Counted from the first letter of the stretch, positions 23,640-37,671 are shown. The stretch is 64,000 bases of DNA from Takakia lepidozioides (GCA_030704615.1 CM060733.1:59148001-59212000); one strand, 5' to 3'. The notes: generated by a model not told the origin, from the sequence alone. Numbers and translations are program-made.

Positions 23640-26600
23640 TAGGTCAGGAAGGGCACAGCCTTTGACATAGATTGGCATAACTGGAGAGTGGGCATGGTTG
23701 CAAGGAATTGAGAAATGACATAACATAATTAAACCCTGTACTCTCAAGGCAGCCTCTGCCAAACGCGGCCAAAAAGGGGTTGGATTCTTTGTCCACGATT
23801 TCATGTTTGATAATTGTGAAATTATCAACAAGGGTTTGAGGTATGAGCATAGTATCCGGCTAAAACTGAATCTGAAGGGCCTGAATACGAAGGACCTCTT
23901 TCTGGGTTGTGTATACATGCCCATACAGGGGACCTTTAGTGTTGACGCAGACAAAGCCTTCGAAGATGTAAAACTGGACTGTGCTTCGTTCCTTGCCAAA
24001 GGTCAGGTGGTTCTATTGGGTGACTTCAATGCCCGGGTGGGCAAAGGTCTCCATCAGGACGATATCATTGGGCTTTTTGGTGAGGACGAGCTGAACTCTA
24101 ATGGCAGACAGTTAATTAACTGTCTGGAAGAGCTTCAGCTTTTGGCCTTGAATAACAGGACAAGAGGTGACCAAGTGCAGTGGACGTGTGGGAAAACCCA
24201 AACCGGGGAACGTTCCATTGTGGACTATATCATAATGGACATAAATTTGTTTCCCCAGTGTTGGTACCTCTGACCACTTCCTGGTTGGGACTGAGATCAA
24301 AAGGTGTTTTCCCAACACCAAGAGATCTGTGAAATGTTCAATTCGGAAGTGGCGCATAGAAAAATTCCATTATGAGAAGGTCAAGGCTGAGTATGTCCAG
24401 GCCTTGCAAGAGGCTCTCCCTCATTTTGTCCACTCGCTCCAAGAACTTCAGTCTCGCTCTGACAACGCAAGAAATGAAGTCGAAAGAGCAGTGGACTCTT
24501 GGGAGAGTTTCGTTTCCTCTGTGGCTGATAAGATCATTGGGAGGAAACTAATTGTCTACGGTAGAGCTGTTAATTGGTGGACCAATGAGATTAAACTCAA
24601 GATAGCTGAGAGACGAGCCCTCTATAAAGAGTGCTGCAATTTGAAATCCAACAGAGAATTGTGGGCAAGGTACTACCAGCTCCGTAAAGATATCAATCAG
24701 CTAGTTAGGTCTCAGAAGAAATTACACTGGGACAAGTTATACAGTGAAATAAACTCAAACCACCATGGTGGTAATGACAAGAAATTCTGGTTGGTCCTTC
24801 AACGTTTGTACAAGCCAAAAAATGGTCAGCAAGTACAAGCGCTGAAGACTACTAAAGGTGCAGTGGTGACTTCATCGGTCGACATTGTCAAAACCTTTGA
24901 AACTCACTACAGTATCCTTGGCATAACTTCCAGGTCTAACAGTGAGGGGTCTTCTGCTGAATGGAGGGACACAGTTGGAAAAACTATTCCTATGATTCAA
25001 AACAGCCCTGATGAACTGGAGTATATTTCAAGGGCTTATAACGCTCCCATTAGCTCTTCTGAGATTGTGGAAGCAATTGAACATTTAAACGGTTATAAAG
25101 CTGGTGGACCTGATGATATAGTCAACGAGCTTATCAAGCACGGTGGTGATCCCATGATAGAGGCCCTAGTTCTCCTCTTTAACCTTATCTGGAAGACTGA
25201 AATGATTCCCCTTCGCTGGCGACAGGGGGGCATTGTCAATCTATACAAGAAGGGTGACAGAGAAGAACCGGGGAACTACCGTGGTATCACACTCCTCAAT
25301 GCTGTTGGCAAGACATTCTGCAGAGTTATAAGTACCCGTCTCGAGGTTGATCTGGAGTCTAGAGGTTGTTTCCACGGAGGCCAAGCTGGCTTTCGGCGAA
25401 ACAGGGGCTGTGTGGATCATAACTTCACTCTAAGTCAGATTATCCAGGGAAGGAAAAAAGAAGGGAAACCCACTTATGTTGTTTTCCTGGATGTCAAAAA
25501 GGCTTATGACACAGTGTGGAGAGATGGCCTATGGTTCCGCCTCTGGTCTTGTGGGATCAAGGGAAAGATGTGGAGAGTTGTCCACAATTTGTATGCTCAC
25601 ACCAAAAGCTGTGTCACTGTCAACGGACAGAAGTCCAACTTCTTTGACATAGACCAAGGTGTAGCTCAAGGATGTACTCTCTCCCCTCTGCTCTTCAATG
25701 TTTTCATTAATCAACTCCTCGAGGATGTGGAAAGTGAGGGATTTGGGTTAAGGGTGGGTGATACCACCATACCAGCCCTTATGTTTGTGGATGACTTCGC
25801 AGGCATAGGGGAGACTCCAACCAACCAATCTCCAGGAGTTGATTGATTGCGCGACGAGATACTTTGATCTTTGGGGGCTAGAGGCTAATGTCAGCAAAAT
25901 GTGCAGTGGTAGCATTCAACGACAGAGGAGAGGGAGGAAGTGATCTTAAGTGGCAGTGGGGTAGCCAAGAGATCCCGGTCCTCCCTTCCTACACTTACCT
26001 GGGCGTTGAGTTTTCCTCCAATTGTAATTGGGATGCACATATACGGAAAGTTGTTCAAACTGGCAAGGGCAAAGCTCTGGGGCTTACTAAATTTTTCCAC
26101 TGCAGAGGGGTCAACTCTGAGGTTAAGAAAACCATGCTTTGTCGCGTTATTAGACCTGCCTTGGAGTACGGATCTGCAATATGGGTTGACAACTCCAACC
26201 AGGCTAAGTCTCTACAATCCATTCAAGTGGGGGTGCTTAAGGAGTGTATGTCAGCATGCTCCAAAACAGCCAATGTGGCTGTTTGGCATTCCGTCCTTAA
26301 GCTCCCGACGAGATGAATTCAAGGTCAGATGGTGGGGTCAGCTACAACATATGTCCAACACCAGATATCCGAAGTTAATCGACTCTATATCTTGGAAACA
26401 GGACCGCCCTGTCAAACAGGCTAAGTCCTGGCAGAAGAGAGTAGAAGAGATTCTCAAGGACCTGGACCTGGAACCGCAAGTCTTGACCCTGCTGGATAAA
26501 TCTGACTTAGAGGCTGTAGTGTCCAAAGCCATGTCTGTTGCTTGCCATGAGATTTTCTGATGAAAATGAAGTTAGGCAGAAAACTTCCCTGAACTTGTTT

Positions 26601-27125
26601 CCAGTCTGTGACATGGGGGAGGACATCTTGGATGACCTCAAGGGTCTACCCACTCTCGGCACTAGACTGAAATTTAAACTCAGGGCAGGAAGCCTACCGT
26701 TGAACAGCAAACAGAAGCAGAGAGGAAAGGGAGAGTGCAATTGCCCCATGTGTTTGCAACCTGAAGACAGTATTCATTTTCTGATACACTGTCCGGGGTT
26801 CTCTCACCAAAGAGATGCTCTCTCCAAATCTATCAAGGGAATTGTGCCTGTACCTCTGTTTACCAACTTTGAAAGTCTCGAGGCTGAGCCAAAAGCCCAG
26901 GCCCTTCTGAGGCCTAGTTTTTGGGCAAATCACACACAGCAGATTGATGCTTGTGTGAAGGGATTTCTAGAGGATATCTGGAAAACCTGGATTAATTCTA
27001 TATATGAAGGTAAGTCTTACTACCAACGTCAGCCCCTGACAGAGGTAGGTTCTGTCCCTTTTGTTCGCGCTCAAACTGGGCGCGGGGTCAATGGCCACAA
27101 GGCTACGGCAAACAACGTCTTATGA
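23640..27125 (+). mobile_element. 5'-truncated non-LTR retrotransposon (APE endonuclease + RT + C-terminal CCHC), RTEX-like; frameshifted
   Basis: GVGFFV, VYMP, LGDFNARVG, SIVDYI; NYRGITLL, FLDVKKAYDTVWRDGLW, GVAQGCTLSPLLF, MFVDD, YTYLG; CPMC...EDSIHFLIHCP. Confidence 0.9.
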
Positions 27126-27127
27126 GT

Positions 27128-28905
27128 ACATTCTTTCATTTCCTTAAAACGAAAGCAGGCTTCCCTAAAATCTCCCACCTTGCTTAGACTCTGGATGAGA
27201 CTAGCATAGGTGAAAACATCGGGGGTACACATGCCAGCAGCCATGTCTTTGTAAAGTGGGTAAGCGTCTTCCACTCTACCTGCCTTCCCAAGGCCATTGA
27301 TAAGAGAGTTATAGTTGACAACATTTGGCTCACAGCCCTTCTGCTTCAGTTCAATGAATAATTGATAAGCAGCATCCAGAATCCCTGCTTTGCCCAAACC
27401 ATCTATGAGGACACCATAAGCAATGGAGTCGGCATCAGGGCACAATCCATCCTCTCTCATCTCAAGAAAAAGCCAAACTGCCTCGTCCACTTTCTTTACC
27501 TGCCCTAAGCAATACATCAGGCTGTTGTAGGTGAGGACGTCAGGCCGACATCCCTGGACTTTCATTCGCCTGAAAAGCAACATGGCATCATCCACATTGC
27601 CTGCCCGGCCAAGACCATCAATGAATATGTTGAATGTAAGTGTGTTGGGCAGACAGTCTGACTCTTCCATCTTGTTGAAAACTTTACGAGCTCTGTCATG
27701 GTAGCCTCCTCTCACCAGCACTTGTATCAAGCAGTTGTAAGCCTCAACACTCACTGGCAATCCACAGTGCTCCATCTCCTTGAAGGCCTCCAATGCCTCA
27801 CCAATCAAATTGGCCCTGTGAAACAAACAGTGCTTCATGCAAGATACTGGAAAGCACTTAAGGTAAACACAAATTAAGCATACAATACTCCAGACATTTT
27901 CTACAAGTCTCAATAACTTAAGGGACATAAATTAGACAGCCTCAGTTCCTACACTGCTTTCCCAACAGGGCTATCTGGCATGGGGGTTTCTTATCCTCCC
28001 GGATTATTCTCTCAGCTACGTCTGAGGCGTGACAGCCTTTGAAGGGCTTGACCCGGCACAGACTAGAGTGGTCCTTAAGGGGAAAAAACAGCATGTGAGA
28101 ACGTCAACCTTGGGAGATGCAAGAAGGAACTCACAGCTCACAGCAATGCTACAAGTGACAGAGTGTAATGCAGCTCTAACATTAAAAGTACCTGCCATAG
28201 CTCCTCACCAGGGCCAAATAGGTGGCTGTGGACACCGGGCAGGACTCGTTCCGCATCTCCTCCAGCAATTGCTGCATTGCATCAAAGCGTCGTGCAGCCC
28301 CCAGTAGTCCAATCATCACAGAGTGTCACTGCCAGCTGCTCCAGTAGCTCCTTCGTCTCCGGACCCCATTTCTTCTCCCTAGGAAGCTTACTTATACGAG
28401 CAACGACCCCTAGCTCTTGAAACCTTTGCTGAGAGTTTGACCTACTGCCCTCTTCTTCTGCCCTTCTCATTGACGGTTGGAGAGACAATTCAGGAGAGTA
28501 GCATATATTCTCAAAGCTGGCACCTTCTGGTAGCTGGCCCACATCTTCACTAACACTCAAGTTTTCTTTCTGCGGCGAAGTACAAGCCTCCTGAACAAGC
28601 CCTGCTAAAGCAGATGCGGCACCGTGGAATGCCCGACATGAAGAGATACTCAAAGGTGCCTTCACAGATGGAGAATAATGGGATTGAGCACAAATCAATT
28701 TCCCCGAGTTAGAGCTGACAAACCTTCCACGAAACAGAATTGGCCGCAAACTTCCTGCTTGTATATTGGGTGCTCCTCTTGTACAAACACACAACCTGCT
28801 CTCGATTACCTCTACTTTTGACGAGTCCCCAGTACAATAACTATCCAAAATCTTGGCAAACCTTCTCGCTAACCTTCTGGCAAACCTTCCTCTCATACTC
28901 CCCAA
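27128..28905 (-). pseudogene. P-class PPR gene (At3g16010-like N-terminus), disrupted
   Basis: Exon 1 28905-28192: transit-like N-terminus, WGPETKELLE, deletion/frameshift near 28320, then RFDAMQQLLEEM...LVRSYGR. Exon 2 from 27815 has ~6 P motifs and is cut off at the LINE 3' end. Confidence 0.8.
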
Positions 28906-29586
28906 GATTCCTCTCTCCCTCCCGCTTCAGAGCATGTCCTGGTCCAGTGGACCTCAACTCTTTGGTCAGCCGCTCTACACATTCGATGACCCAACCCACC
29001 CGCCAAATGAGATGGGCTCACGATTGCTTCACCTCTCAACCCTCTCTGGGGAAGGATCGACGACCCTAAAAACCCAGAATCCTAAAACCCTCAGTAATAA
29101 GAAGAGCCATGGTTGCAAGACGACAATGGAGGGCTAATGGATGAATGCCACGTTAGTGGAAGTGCGTGAATCAGACTTGGCCGTCGTTGCTACGCACAAA
29201 AGTAACTTAGCAGAGATCCTGACAAGGAGGTCACAAATGGGGCGATGCAGATTGGACGAGAGAGATTTCAATCACAAGTCATGTTGAGATTGACAAGTAG
29301 ATGGGCGTGCAAGGTGTAAGTGTGGGATTGGGTGATCCAAAACATGGAGGGCAAGTATGTGGACAAGGAAGTGGAGCAAGCTAACTTATCTATCCAGCCT
29401 GCTTTCTCCACCACAGGGGCCACGCGCTACGTGGATGAGGTTGCCATAGCTGCACCATCTACTGCGTGCCCTCCGCACTCTTGCTGTCTGCTCGAACAGC
29501 TGCTGCCCTTTCTTCATCTCTGTTGGGTTTGGTGTGCTCTTGGCCCCTCTCAAGCCTAAGCTTTGAGGGTTTTGCAGTGAAGAGAG

Positions 29587-30036
29587 ATGGCAGCAGCTCT
29601 TTCCGCCAGCATTGTGCCCGTGGCCCCAGCAGTCTCGTGCTCGCATACATCGTTGAGGAAGTCTGTGTCCGTGAAGGCAGCGGGCGTGAGGAAAGCTTTT
29701 GGGTTGGAGGCAAGCAGCAGGGGCCGCGTTACATGCATGGCTACCTACAAGATAACTTTGGTGACCCCTGATGGCGAACAGGTGTTGGAGGTTGATGACG
29801 CCGAGTCCAAGTATGTACTAGACTATGCTGAGGACGCTGGCATTGATCTGCCATACTCCTGCCGTGCTGGTGCCTGTTCGTCATGTGCCGGGATTATCGA
29901 GTCGGGGACTGTAGACCAGAGTGACGGCAGCTTCCTGGACGATGACCAGCTTGCGGGAGGCTTTGTGCTCACCTGTGTCGCCAAACCGACCTCTGATCTC
30001 AGGATTGTTACCCATAAGGAAGAAGACTTGAACTAG
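29587..30036 (+). CDS. petF: Plastid [2Fe-2S] ferredoxin with transit peptide
   Basis: ATYKITL...[16 protein letters not shown]...[12 protein letters not shown]...VLTCVA.P.SD..I.THKEE; intronless and intact. Confidence 0.97.
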   Translation: MAAALSASIVPVAPAVSCSHTSLRKSVSVKAAGVRKAFGLEASSRGRVTCMATYKITLVTPDGEQVLEVDDAESKYVLDYAEDAGIDLPYSCRAGACSSCAGIIESGTVDQSDGSFLDDDQLAGGFVLTCVAKPTSDLRIVTHKEEDLN

Positions 30037-31105
30037 TTAGGAAATAATTCCGCGGAATTCTGATGCCACCATTGGCGCGCACAAGGAAGAAGATTCAAAG
30101 TAGTTAGGACAAGGTCTGGAAGCCTCAAACTTCTGCTTTGAACGTGTACAGCTCTGTGCAAGGGCTTGGACCATGGAAGTCTGAAGTCTTTTGTGGTAAA
30201 CAGTTCACTCGCGCTTTTGGGTGTGAAATCTGGATATTACTTTTTCCCGCTTCGTGTTTTCCTTTTCGTGGTCTTTCCACTCCCTGATGCATCTGGGTTT
30301 CCCCTTACTCCCTTCGTTTTGGAAAGTGTGTGATATGCGTGTGATCTGTGTGGGAGGACAATGCGTGCTCTTTATGTCTGCAGATTGCGGTGGTGGCCGG
30401 TACAGTCGCATTGTTGACCTTGCTCAGTTTTATTCTAGATGTAGAGTCCGGTGGCTCATTGTGTGTGTGCAGGTGTGGAAGTAAGTCTTTCATCGATGAC
30501 ATTGAGGTGTAGAGTGGTGTAAGATGCTTTGTTCAACTCGCTCCTCAGCTGTCTCATCTTTCTTCCACTTTATCTCTTCCTCTCTTTCCCTCACGAGCCA
30601 GGACTACGATGAAATCTCTCCCACCAAAATGACGACACTTACTAGCAAAAGTGAGGTTTCCATAATGTTGATTATTTGGATGCACAGCAGCTGGATCAAA
30701 GTGAGCTGCCTCTCTCCTTCCGATGTACTTGCCAAGGAACACACCACTACGAGCATAGAAGATTGTCTCTTGGAATGACTCTGAATGTAAGATTGTTACT
30801 AGACTCGAAACAGCAATAAAGAATGTTAATGATAAAAGCTGGCAACTAGACTACTCGGTGTCTGAACAAAACAGAACATTCGGGTTCAAATGTCTGTTCG
30901 CTATCCTCCTCTAAGTGGCATTACAACATGATTTCATGCATACTGTTCAAATCTTCATCTTTTCTCAAACTTTCAAGGTAGAGAGGCTGTGGAAGCTGTA
31001 AAATTTCCATGTGTTTCAATTTTTGCTCCTGGCAGCAGTTTGCACAATGTTTATATTTGGTACAACTGTACTGTCTTTTCTTTCAACATAGTATTGTCAT
31101 GGTCT

Positions 31106-31500
31106 TACATTTCAAACTGTTTTGAAAGCATTCTCAACTTCTATTTCAAAAGATGCTTCATTTTCATGTATGAAATCCAGTATCACACCTTCTTAGGGAC
31201 TGTATTTTCATCAGAAGAGATGTGGACTTTGTCATGATCCTACATTTCAAACTGTTTTGAAAGCATTCTCAACTTCTATTTCAAAAGATGCTTCATTTTC
31301 AAGTAGGAAATCCAGTACCACACCTTCTTAGGGACTGTGTTTTCATCAGAAGAGATGTGAACATTGTCATGACCTTACATTTCAAACAGTTTTGGAAGCA
31401 TTCTCAACTTCTATTTCAAAAGATGCTTCATAATACGAAATCCAGTATCACACCTTCTTAGGGACTGTGTTTTCATCAGAAGAGATGTGAACATTACATT
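31106..31500. repeat. Three tandem ~135-bp repeats
   Basis: tacatttcaaac.gtttt.aaagcattctcaacttctatttcaaaagatgcttca...gaagagatgtg occurs three times. Confidence 0.95.
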
Positions 31501-31760
31501 CTTTTGCCGAGGGGTTTAAGCACCATTAAAAACCCTTCATTGCTATTGGTGACTCTGCATTGTACCATACACTTCACTCTCTCATGGCAATCCATGACTG
31601 CTGCTCAGTTTACAGCAATATGTTACAAGCCTTTTTCCCGATGTCCAGGATAAAAATTGAGAAGGTCCCCAGAGGAAATCATTTGAAACTTGTTAAATGT
31701 AGTGGGCATATAGACCTTGTGTGAGACATGGAACCTTCCTGTAGTTTAGTGGGAGGGTGT

Positions 31761-34700
31761 TCATGTGTGCAAGGGTCCAGGGACCTCATAAATCTCCCTT
31801 TCAGCTTTTGTCAGGCATTTTCTTTCACTCTGTTTGGCCCTTGGTCCACTGTTATCATAGCTAACACTATGTCTCTCCCTTCCTTCACTGATGAAACTGT
31901 CTTTAGCTCTCCTTCGTTCACTTGTTCTCGAATTGCGGTTTTCTGCTGCTTTACGGTTTTCTGCTGCTTTAAGCCATGCACTGAATGAAATACTCCCACG
32001 ACGCCTGCTCATCTGGGAGCTACTTCTGGCCTTTGGCTGAGTGGAGCTACTCCTGGCGGGCCGCACAGCTAAATGCAAACACTTCAGCCCTCCAGACGCA
32101 GTCTCTTTTTCCTGCCTTTCACTATCACCCAAAATACCTCCAATTGTTACCTTATCAGGTGGCGTTGCAGTCGAGTATCCAGTATACTGAGTTGTCAAGG
32201 CTGATTGTGCTGGTTTGCTGTGTCGTTTCACTTTCATCCCTTTGTGCATAAGGCAGCGCTTGCTTCCTTTAACAGGAAGAGCACTGCATGGCAGGCCATT
32301 GTCGAGCAAGACGCCACAGCGATCAATTGGTATATCCAGCTTTGTGAACTCGCAGTCTTTACCAGCCTTGCTTCCAACAGTTGGGAGCTGAGGACGAAAT
32401 CTGAATAGTGTACAAACCTTCGAAGCTGTAAAATGTTCACTATCTTCCTTTGGCCTTTTTACAGCCACATTAATACCCACTCTCTTGCTCTCAAAGAGAA
32501 AGCAGTTGTTTCCAAAGGAAACTCCCCAACATGATGTCTTATCAGGAGGATCCCCCGTGACAATCTTGGCAAGTACATCCTGGGACCGCCGGGTACGTCC
32601 ATCCCCACTTGTGTTCCAAGCGTAGTCAAACACTGCCAGCAGCTCTGATTCCACTTGGACTGCTACAGCCTTGCTGTCTGTCTGTAGAACAAGGTAGGGA
32701 CAGAGCGGCTATCAGTGGGCATCAAACCCCGAGGACAGGGCACAGCATGCATGATACATGCCTATACAAAATTCTTATGCATGAAGGTAATAAAATGTAC
32801 AGCTTCCATGAGATCAAGTGAACTGTAGGATACGTCACCATTTGGCAGAAATAAGTTACAGGGTGGAAAGCCATGGTCCAGGAAATTCCAAGGTCCTCCA
32901 CCAACCATATCAGCAAGTACATGTAGGTCCTTTCATCTTACTCTTTCCTTCACCTCAAACATCCACGAAATCTTTTTGCTCTTCAAGAGCGCCATCTACT
33001 ACTACAGGTTAAAGATCCTGCACTACCCACTCTGTCAGCTCAAAAGATTACCCAGGTTGCAGTCTGAAGCTGGTACAATTTATGATTTATACAACTTGAA
33101 GGTCGCCAGAATGACTGAAAAAACATACTGGAGACCACCAAGGTCTGCATGCAGAAGCTGGGCCACAAATAGCTCAAACAAACATCAAACACTCAATCAT
33201 GAGTACTAGACACTCAAACATTCTAGTTTCCCATAACTAGGTGCTTTATAAATTTACTTACAGCTGCCCACCGAAACGCTACAGAACAGCCAAGCGCGAA
33301 CACCTCCGAAAACAAGCCCGGGCCTCGAGGAGATGGAGGAGGAGATGGTTTTCCCCTATGCTCATTGCACGTTCCTGTTCTTCTTTCATTGCCCTGGTTT
33401 TGCAGCTCAGTTTTCCAGCTGCTGCTTACTGCTTCGTTCTTGACCACAAAGAGTCTCGTGGACCTGCAACCAAGAGAACATTATACTTGTCAAAGAAGTC
33501 CCATGGATGTGTCCATATCTGCAAGCAATCTTGAGTGGTGGTACAAGAAAATGTGAAAGGACCCGAAGTGCAGACTCCAGAAGTCAAGTTTATTTGACGA
33601 TATTTAATCTACTGAGAAGCCTGGTATGTTCGAAATCTACCAAGCAGTTCAACACTTCAGCAGTTCAAATGAACACATGAACTACCCATCTTGACATGCC
33701 AAACCCTGAACAAGCCAATGATAGCTGGAAACCAATTTCCTTAAATTTGTCTACCTTTGTTTCTTTCTCAAGAGGCTCAATTGAGAATGACAACCTCCTT
33801 TCACCATCCCATCAAGATCAATCAAAGCTAGCAGCTGGAAGACAATGCCGCAGCTGCCATGGATAGAATGGATTCCAAGTACTGGAGTACATGCCCAATG
33901 TGGTCAGCGGTTGGCTTTCAGCAAGAGTTTTCCCACCTTCCAGTTTAACTAGGAGGGAAGAAGCTTCTCTGTGGTATGCAGATTCGTTGTAACAGGGAAG
34001 TCCAGTTGACAGAACCCCCAGTACAAAGCCTTTTCAAGAGGTCCTACGTAACATGATGAGACAATTCTTTCGCTATCTCGGGATAACCCTTGTTGTACTT
34101 TCATGAGCCTCTCTTCTCTTCATGCTGTGTTGCAACCCTATGTCTCTGTTTCTCAAACGTGACTCATAATTTGTCCACAGATTTCTTTCAATGCATGCAT
34201 TCCAAGTGCATTTGTGCAGACTGAAAGTCGAATTTGCATTCGAACAGCGAGACTAACCTGGAACCTTCGAGATGCGCACCAGCCTGGCCATAGCGCTCAA
34301 GCCTTTCTCGAATGTTATCCGCCTGTCCGACATACACCACCACCACATCCTGCTGCCTGAGGTGGCGAGAGTTTTGACCCTGCTGAGCTGGTAGCCAGGA
34401 TGGCGCTGTCACTCCCAGCTCATACACACCTGCCCCAAAGTCACTGGCCGGGAGTTTGTGGAGGCGGTATCGTTGGGCACCTTCTTTGCCTGAAGCATGC
34501 TCCTTCCAGTCTGAAGGCCCCACGAGTATCTGCGTGCGAAGGGCGAATACCTACTAAGACTAACGGACTTCGAAAACATACTTACAACCCCCTCAGGTCA
34601 ACTTTCAAGATTCCCTGTGCCCAGGCGGTACACACAGTGCGAAGTACCCTCTTGTGGGGAAGTGGGCTCTTTAATTACTCCATGGCCGGACAAGAGACAA

Positions 34701-35351
34701 CACAAGTACAGTGGAGAGAGATAAAGAGAGAGGTCCCCTAGATATATAACCATTGGCCCTCACTTCGTATTCGGACTGGAGATTGCAGTCTCTCCGAACT
34801 ATTGTGAGTCCTTGTCATAGTGTATTGACTGCCTACAAGAGCCCTGGCACACTCTTGCTGTATACTACATGGATTGTACGCCGTCGGCATGCAAGGAAAA
34901 TACTGACATAGGTGAGTACTAGTCACAGTTCATGCTTCAGCGTGACAAATGAGATTCCGTTGCAAGCGTTGCCTGAGTCAACTGTCTGAGTTAGACAAGT
35001 ATAAATTCAGTTGGTGCTGTATGCTGGAGGCCAAGGAGTACACGGCAGGTACACGGCCTACACGCAATGCATTGGCACACCAAACGTTTTGGTGGTTGCA
35101 GCGGAGACCCCATCTAGAGCACTCCGGGATGGAAAAACAACTTCAAACATCGATTTAGTGGGCAAATCTATCGAAAGAGACGTCAGACAGAGACAAGGTA
35201 CTGCAGGTACCTTCCAATTAGAGAACCTTTTGTCATGTTTGACATAATTGCAAGCTTCTCTCCTCCATCGTTCTCGTTCGCCTGGACGCCCACGGGGGCT
35301 GGCCACTGATGTGGCCTGCTCTGGACTGAAGCTCACAGAAACCAATCCCAT
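31761..35351 (-). CDS. ET: EFFECTOR OF TRANSCRIPTION / HRT-like protein (GIY-YIG domain + one ET zinc repeat), 4 exons, ~511 aa
   Basis: Exons 35351-35211, 34529-34258, 33463-33262 and 32681-31761, all GT-AG and in phase. Motifs KHD..FSNWK/ILVGPSDW, GVYELG..VYVGQADNIRERL, FDYAWN, CGV.L..G.PC...PVKG.KRC..HKG. Confidence 0.9.
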
Positions 35352-36329
35352 CCCTGGTGCGAGCCCTAGCTTGCAATATGAGTTGGTCCACCTTCGGTAC
35401 CTCAGGATTTCCAAGTTCACTTTATTCAAAAATAGTGTTCACGGATTCACATAGCTAGATTGATAGTGGCCCAACCAGACCTGGAACTGAAGTAGCCTCA
35501 ACTTTCTGTTCCGAGCTCAGCAAGCTGCTCAACGACGTACACATAGATGCAAAGTAGTGCTCATGAATGCACCAGCTGGAAGGTCGGATCTCAGTTAACC
35601 AGGATTCCTGCTTGGCCGTAAATATTGTCACGAGTTTGAATTAGGCAACTTTCTGAGTCCATCAAATTTGATCCGTGACCTGACGAGACTTAGCCATGTA
35701 ACAGGAGGACTCCGTAAACCGAAACGGCCTCTTTCATTTCATCATGTACTTCAAATCCAGCTCTTACAAAGTCTCACTTGTAAACCTGGACATAAAACCG
35801 AGATAAAAATCCAGGCTCACCATAATCTAGGGGAAGAGAGTGTCTGGTCACCGAGGGCATGTCGCGAGTATGGACCCAAGTAAGCTCAGGCATTGTGCCA
35901 TATCGATGCTTCCTCCATTTCCTCCGTGAATAAAATAGTGATCTCTCTCTCATCTCTCTCTAGCCCTCTCTATCGCAACCTGTATCTCTACATACGTTAC
36001 ATACTCGACAAACTACATAATTTCCTCCGAGCTTCAAAAGACAACTTCGCTTCGCCCTAGTCTCAACAATATCTGCAGTCCCCTCTAGTCTTTCTCTCAC
36101 CTGCAAGTCCTGCTGTAACATCCTCCAGACAAACCGACTATAGAGTCTTTCAGAAACTTTTCAAGACCAGCACAATCACTCTCCCATCATCCTTCATCAT
36201 ACACAGTTCAGCTACCTCCTCCTCCCCATTAGATTACACAGACAATGGAAACAAGATGCCCAACTTAGAGGGGACTTAGAGCCACTTAATGAATGTCCGC
36301 CCAACTTCCCCAGCTGGCTCCATTAAGTC

Positions 36330-37300
36330 TAGCTAGACAGAATTGCAGCAACAAAAGTACTGAAGCGAGGACTTATAAACAAGACAGGCCCAATTGAATC
36401 TCCCTCGCATTCCTCTCTCTCTCTCACAATCGTCGTCGCCTGCAGCGCAAAGGAGATGGCGAGAATCCGACCACGTCACGCCCCGGGTAGACCCGCCCGC
36501 TGCACCCGGACCCTGCCCGGGCCAAAGCCTCGTCCCGAACCCACGAACCAAGCCACGTTCTTCGTTCGTCCATATCTTCGCCTGGTCGACACGGTCTCCG
36601 TCGACGAGCGCCGTCCTTGTCGTGGTTCGTCGCCACCGAGCCTCAGGCTCGGTGCCACGACAGCAACGCGCAGCACTCCGATTGGGCGCGCGTGATTCAT
36701 GTGCCCTCGGCGGCCCGTGCACTGTTTATTTCGCGGCTCCACTTCCCGGGCACTTTTTCCTTTCTCGCAATTATGATTATTATTATCCATTTTGAACTTA
36801 TTGTAAAATACACAGCGCCTACATTATCTTAAGCTCCCGTCAATGAATGAACATTACTGTTCACCACCTGGCCAACGGACGTGGATGATATACTCATCCT
36901 CCCCCGTCCTAACACAGATGAATGAAAGCATCTCCCTGGATGAGGCTAGACATGATCAGGAAGAAACGTCCAAACTTTAAGACGCGCAATTATCCGCAAA
37001 TTAATAATACTAATTAATTAAATGGCCATCCACGGTAGCTGATTTAATGCGCTTGTCCAAAGTTCCGAGTATCGGGGGCATGCAAAATATTTTCTCTGTC
37101 GCCACATCTCTAATTTTACGTAACTTATATTGTGTCAGTATAGCCAAGGTTTAGCCATGCTTAACCATGTTTAGCCAGGCGATTACACTTGGGGCCGAGA
37201 AACTTCGACGCGTGCGCTGAGAGAGAGAATATTCTGTTTGTGGGGAGCTGGACTTAAACCCTAGAGTGAGAGAGAGACAAACCCCATCTCTGTTCTGTCG
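36330..37300. promoter_or_regulatory. Probable bidirectional promoter with GC-rich 5' leaders between ET and the small-protein gene
   Basis: CpG-rich 36390-36750, AT-rich core and GA-repeat leaders, between divergent genes. Confidence 0.4.
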
Positions 37301-37671
37301 TCTCCATCTCTCTTGTGTCGTCGCCATCTCTCGGGGCCTTGCCATGTGATTGCGGAGTGTGCGAGGGTGTGGTTGCTGGAGTGCATTGGTGGGGCTGGGA
37401 GCCAAGGATTTACGCTGAAGCAAGCGCAGAGGGGGGAGAATTGCACGGCAATTCAGACTAGGGGGGCCTGTGTGGAGTCTTGGGCTTCGATTCTAGGGTT
37501 GAGATAGATAGGGTTGGCGGTTGAAGCTTTGGATGTTTGGAAGGAATTTTGGACCTCTGTGAGAGTGGATATCATTTTTTTGGGGGGGTTTGAGATACGG
37601 AAGCGCTTGAGAGGTTGCGATATCAGGGGCTGTGCGACAAGAAAGGAAGAATAAGGGGGGAAGAAAGGGCG

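Noticed and set aside
27071-27125. Overlapping convergent ORFs (LINE and PPR)
   Set aside because: This is read-through of the truncated PPR frame into LINE sequence, not a functional overlap.
27816-27928. N-terminus of the 285-aa PPR ORF
   Set aside because: It is intronic; the acceptor ttcacag lies at 27816.
36333-36832. Six overlapping ORFs
   Set aside because: GC-rich leader/promoter sequence that lacks stops by composition; no recognisable protein.
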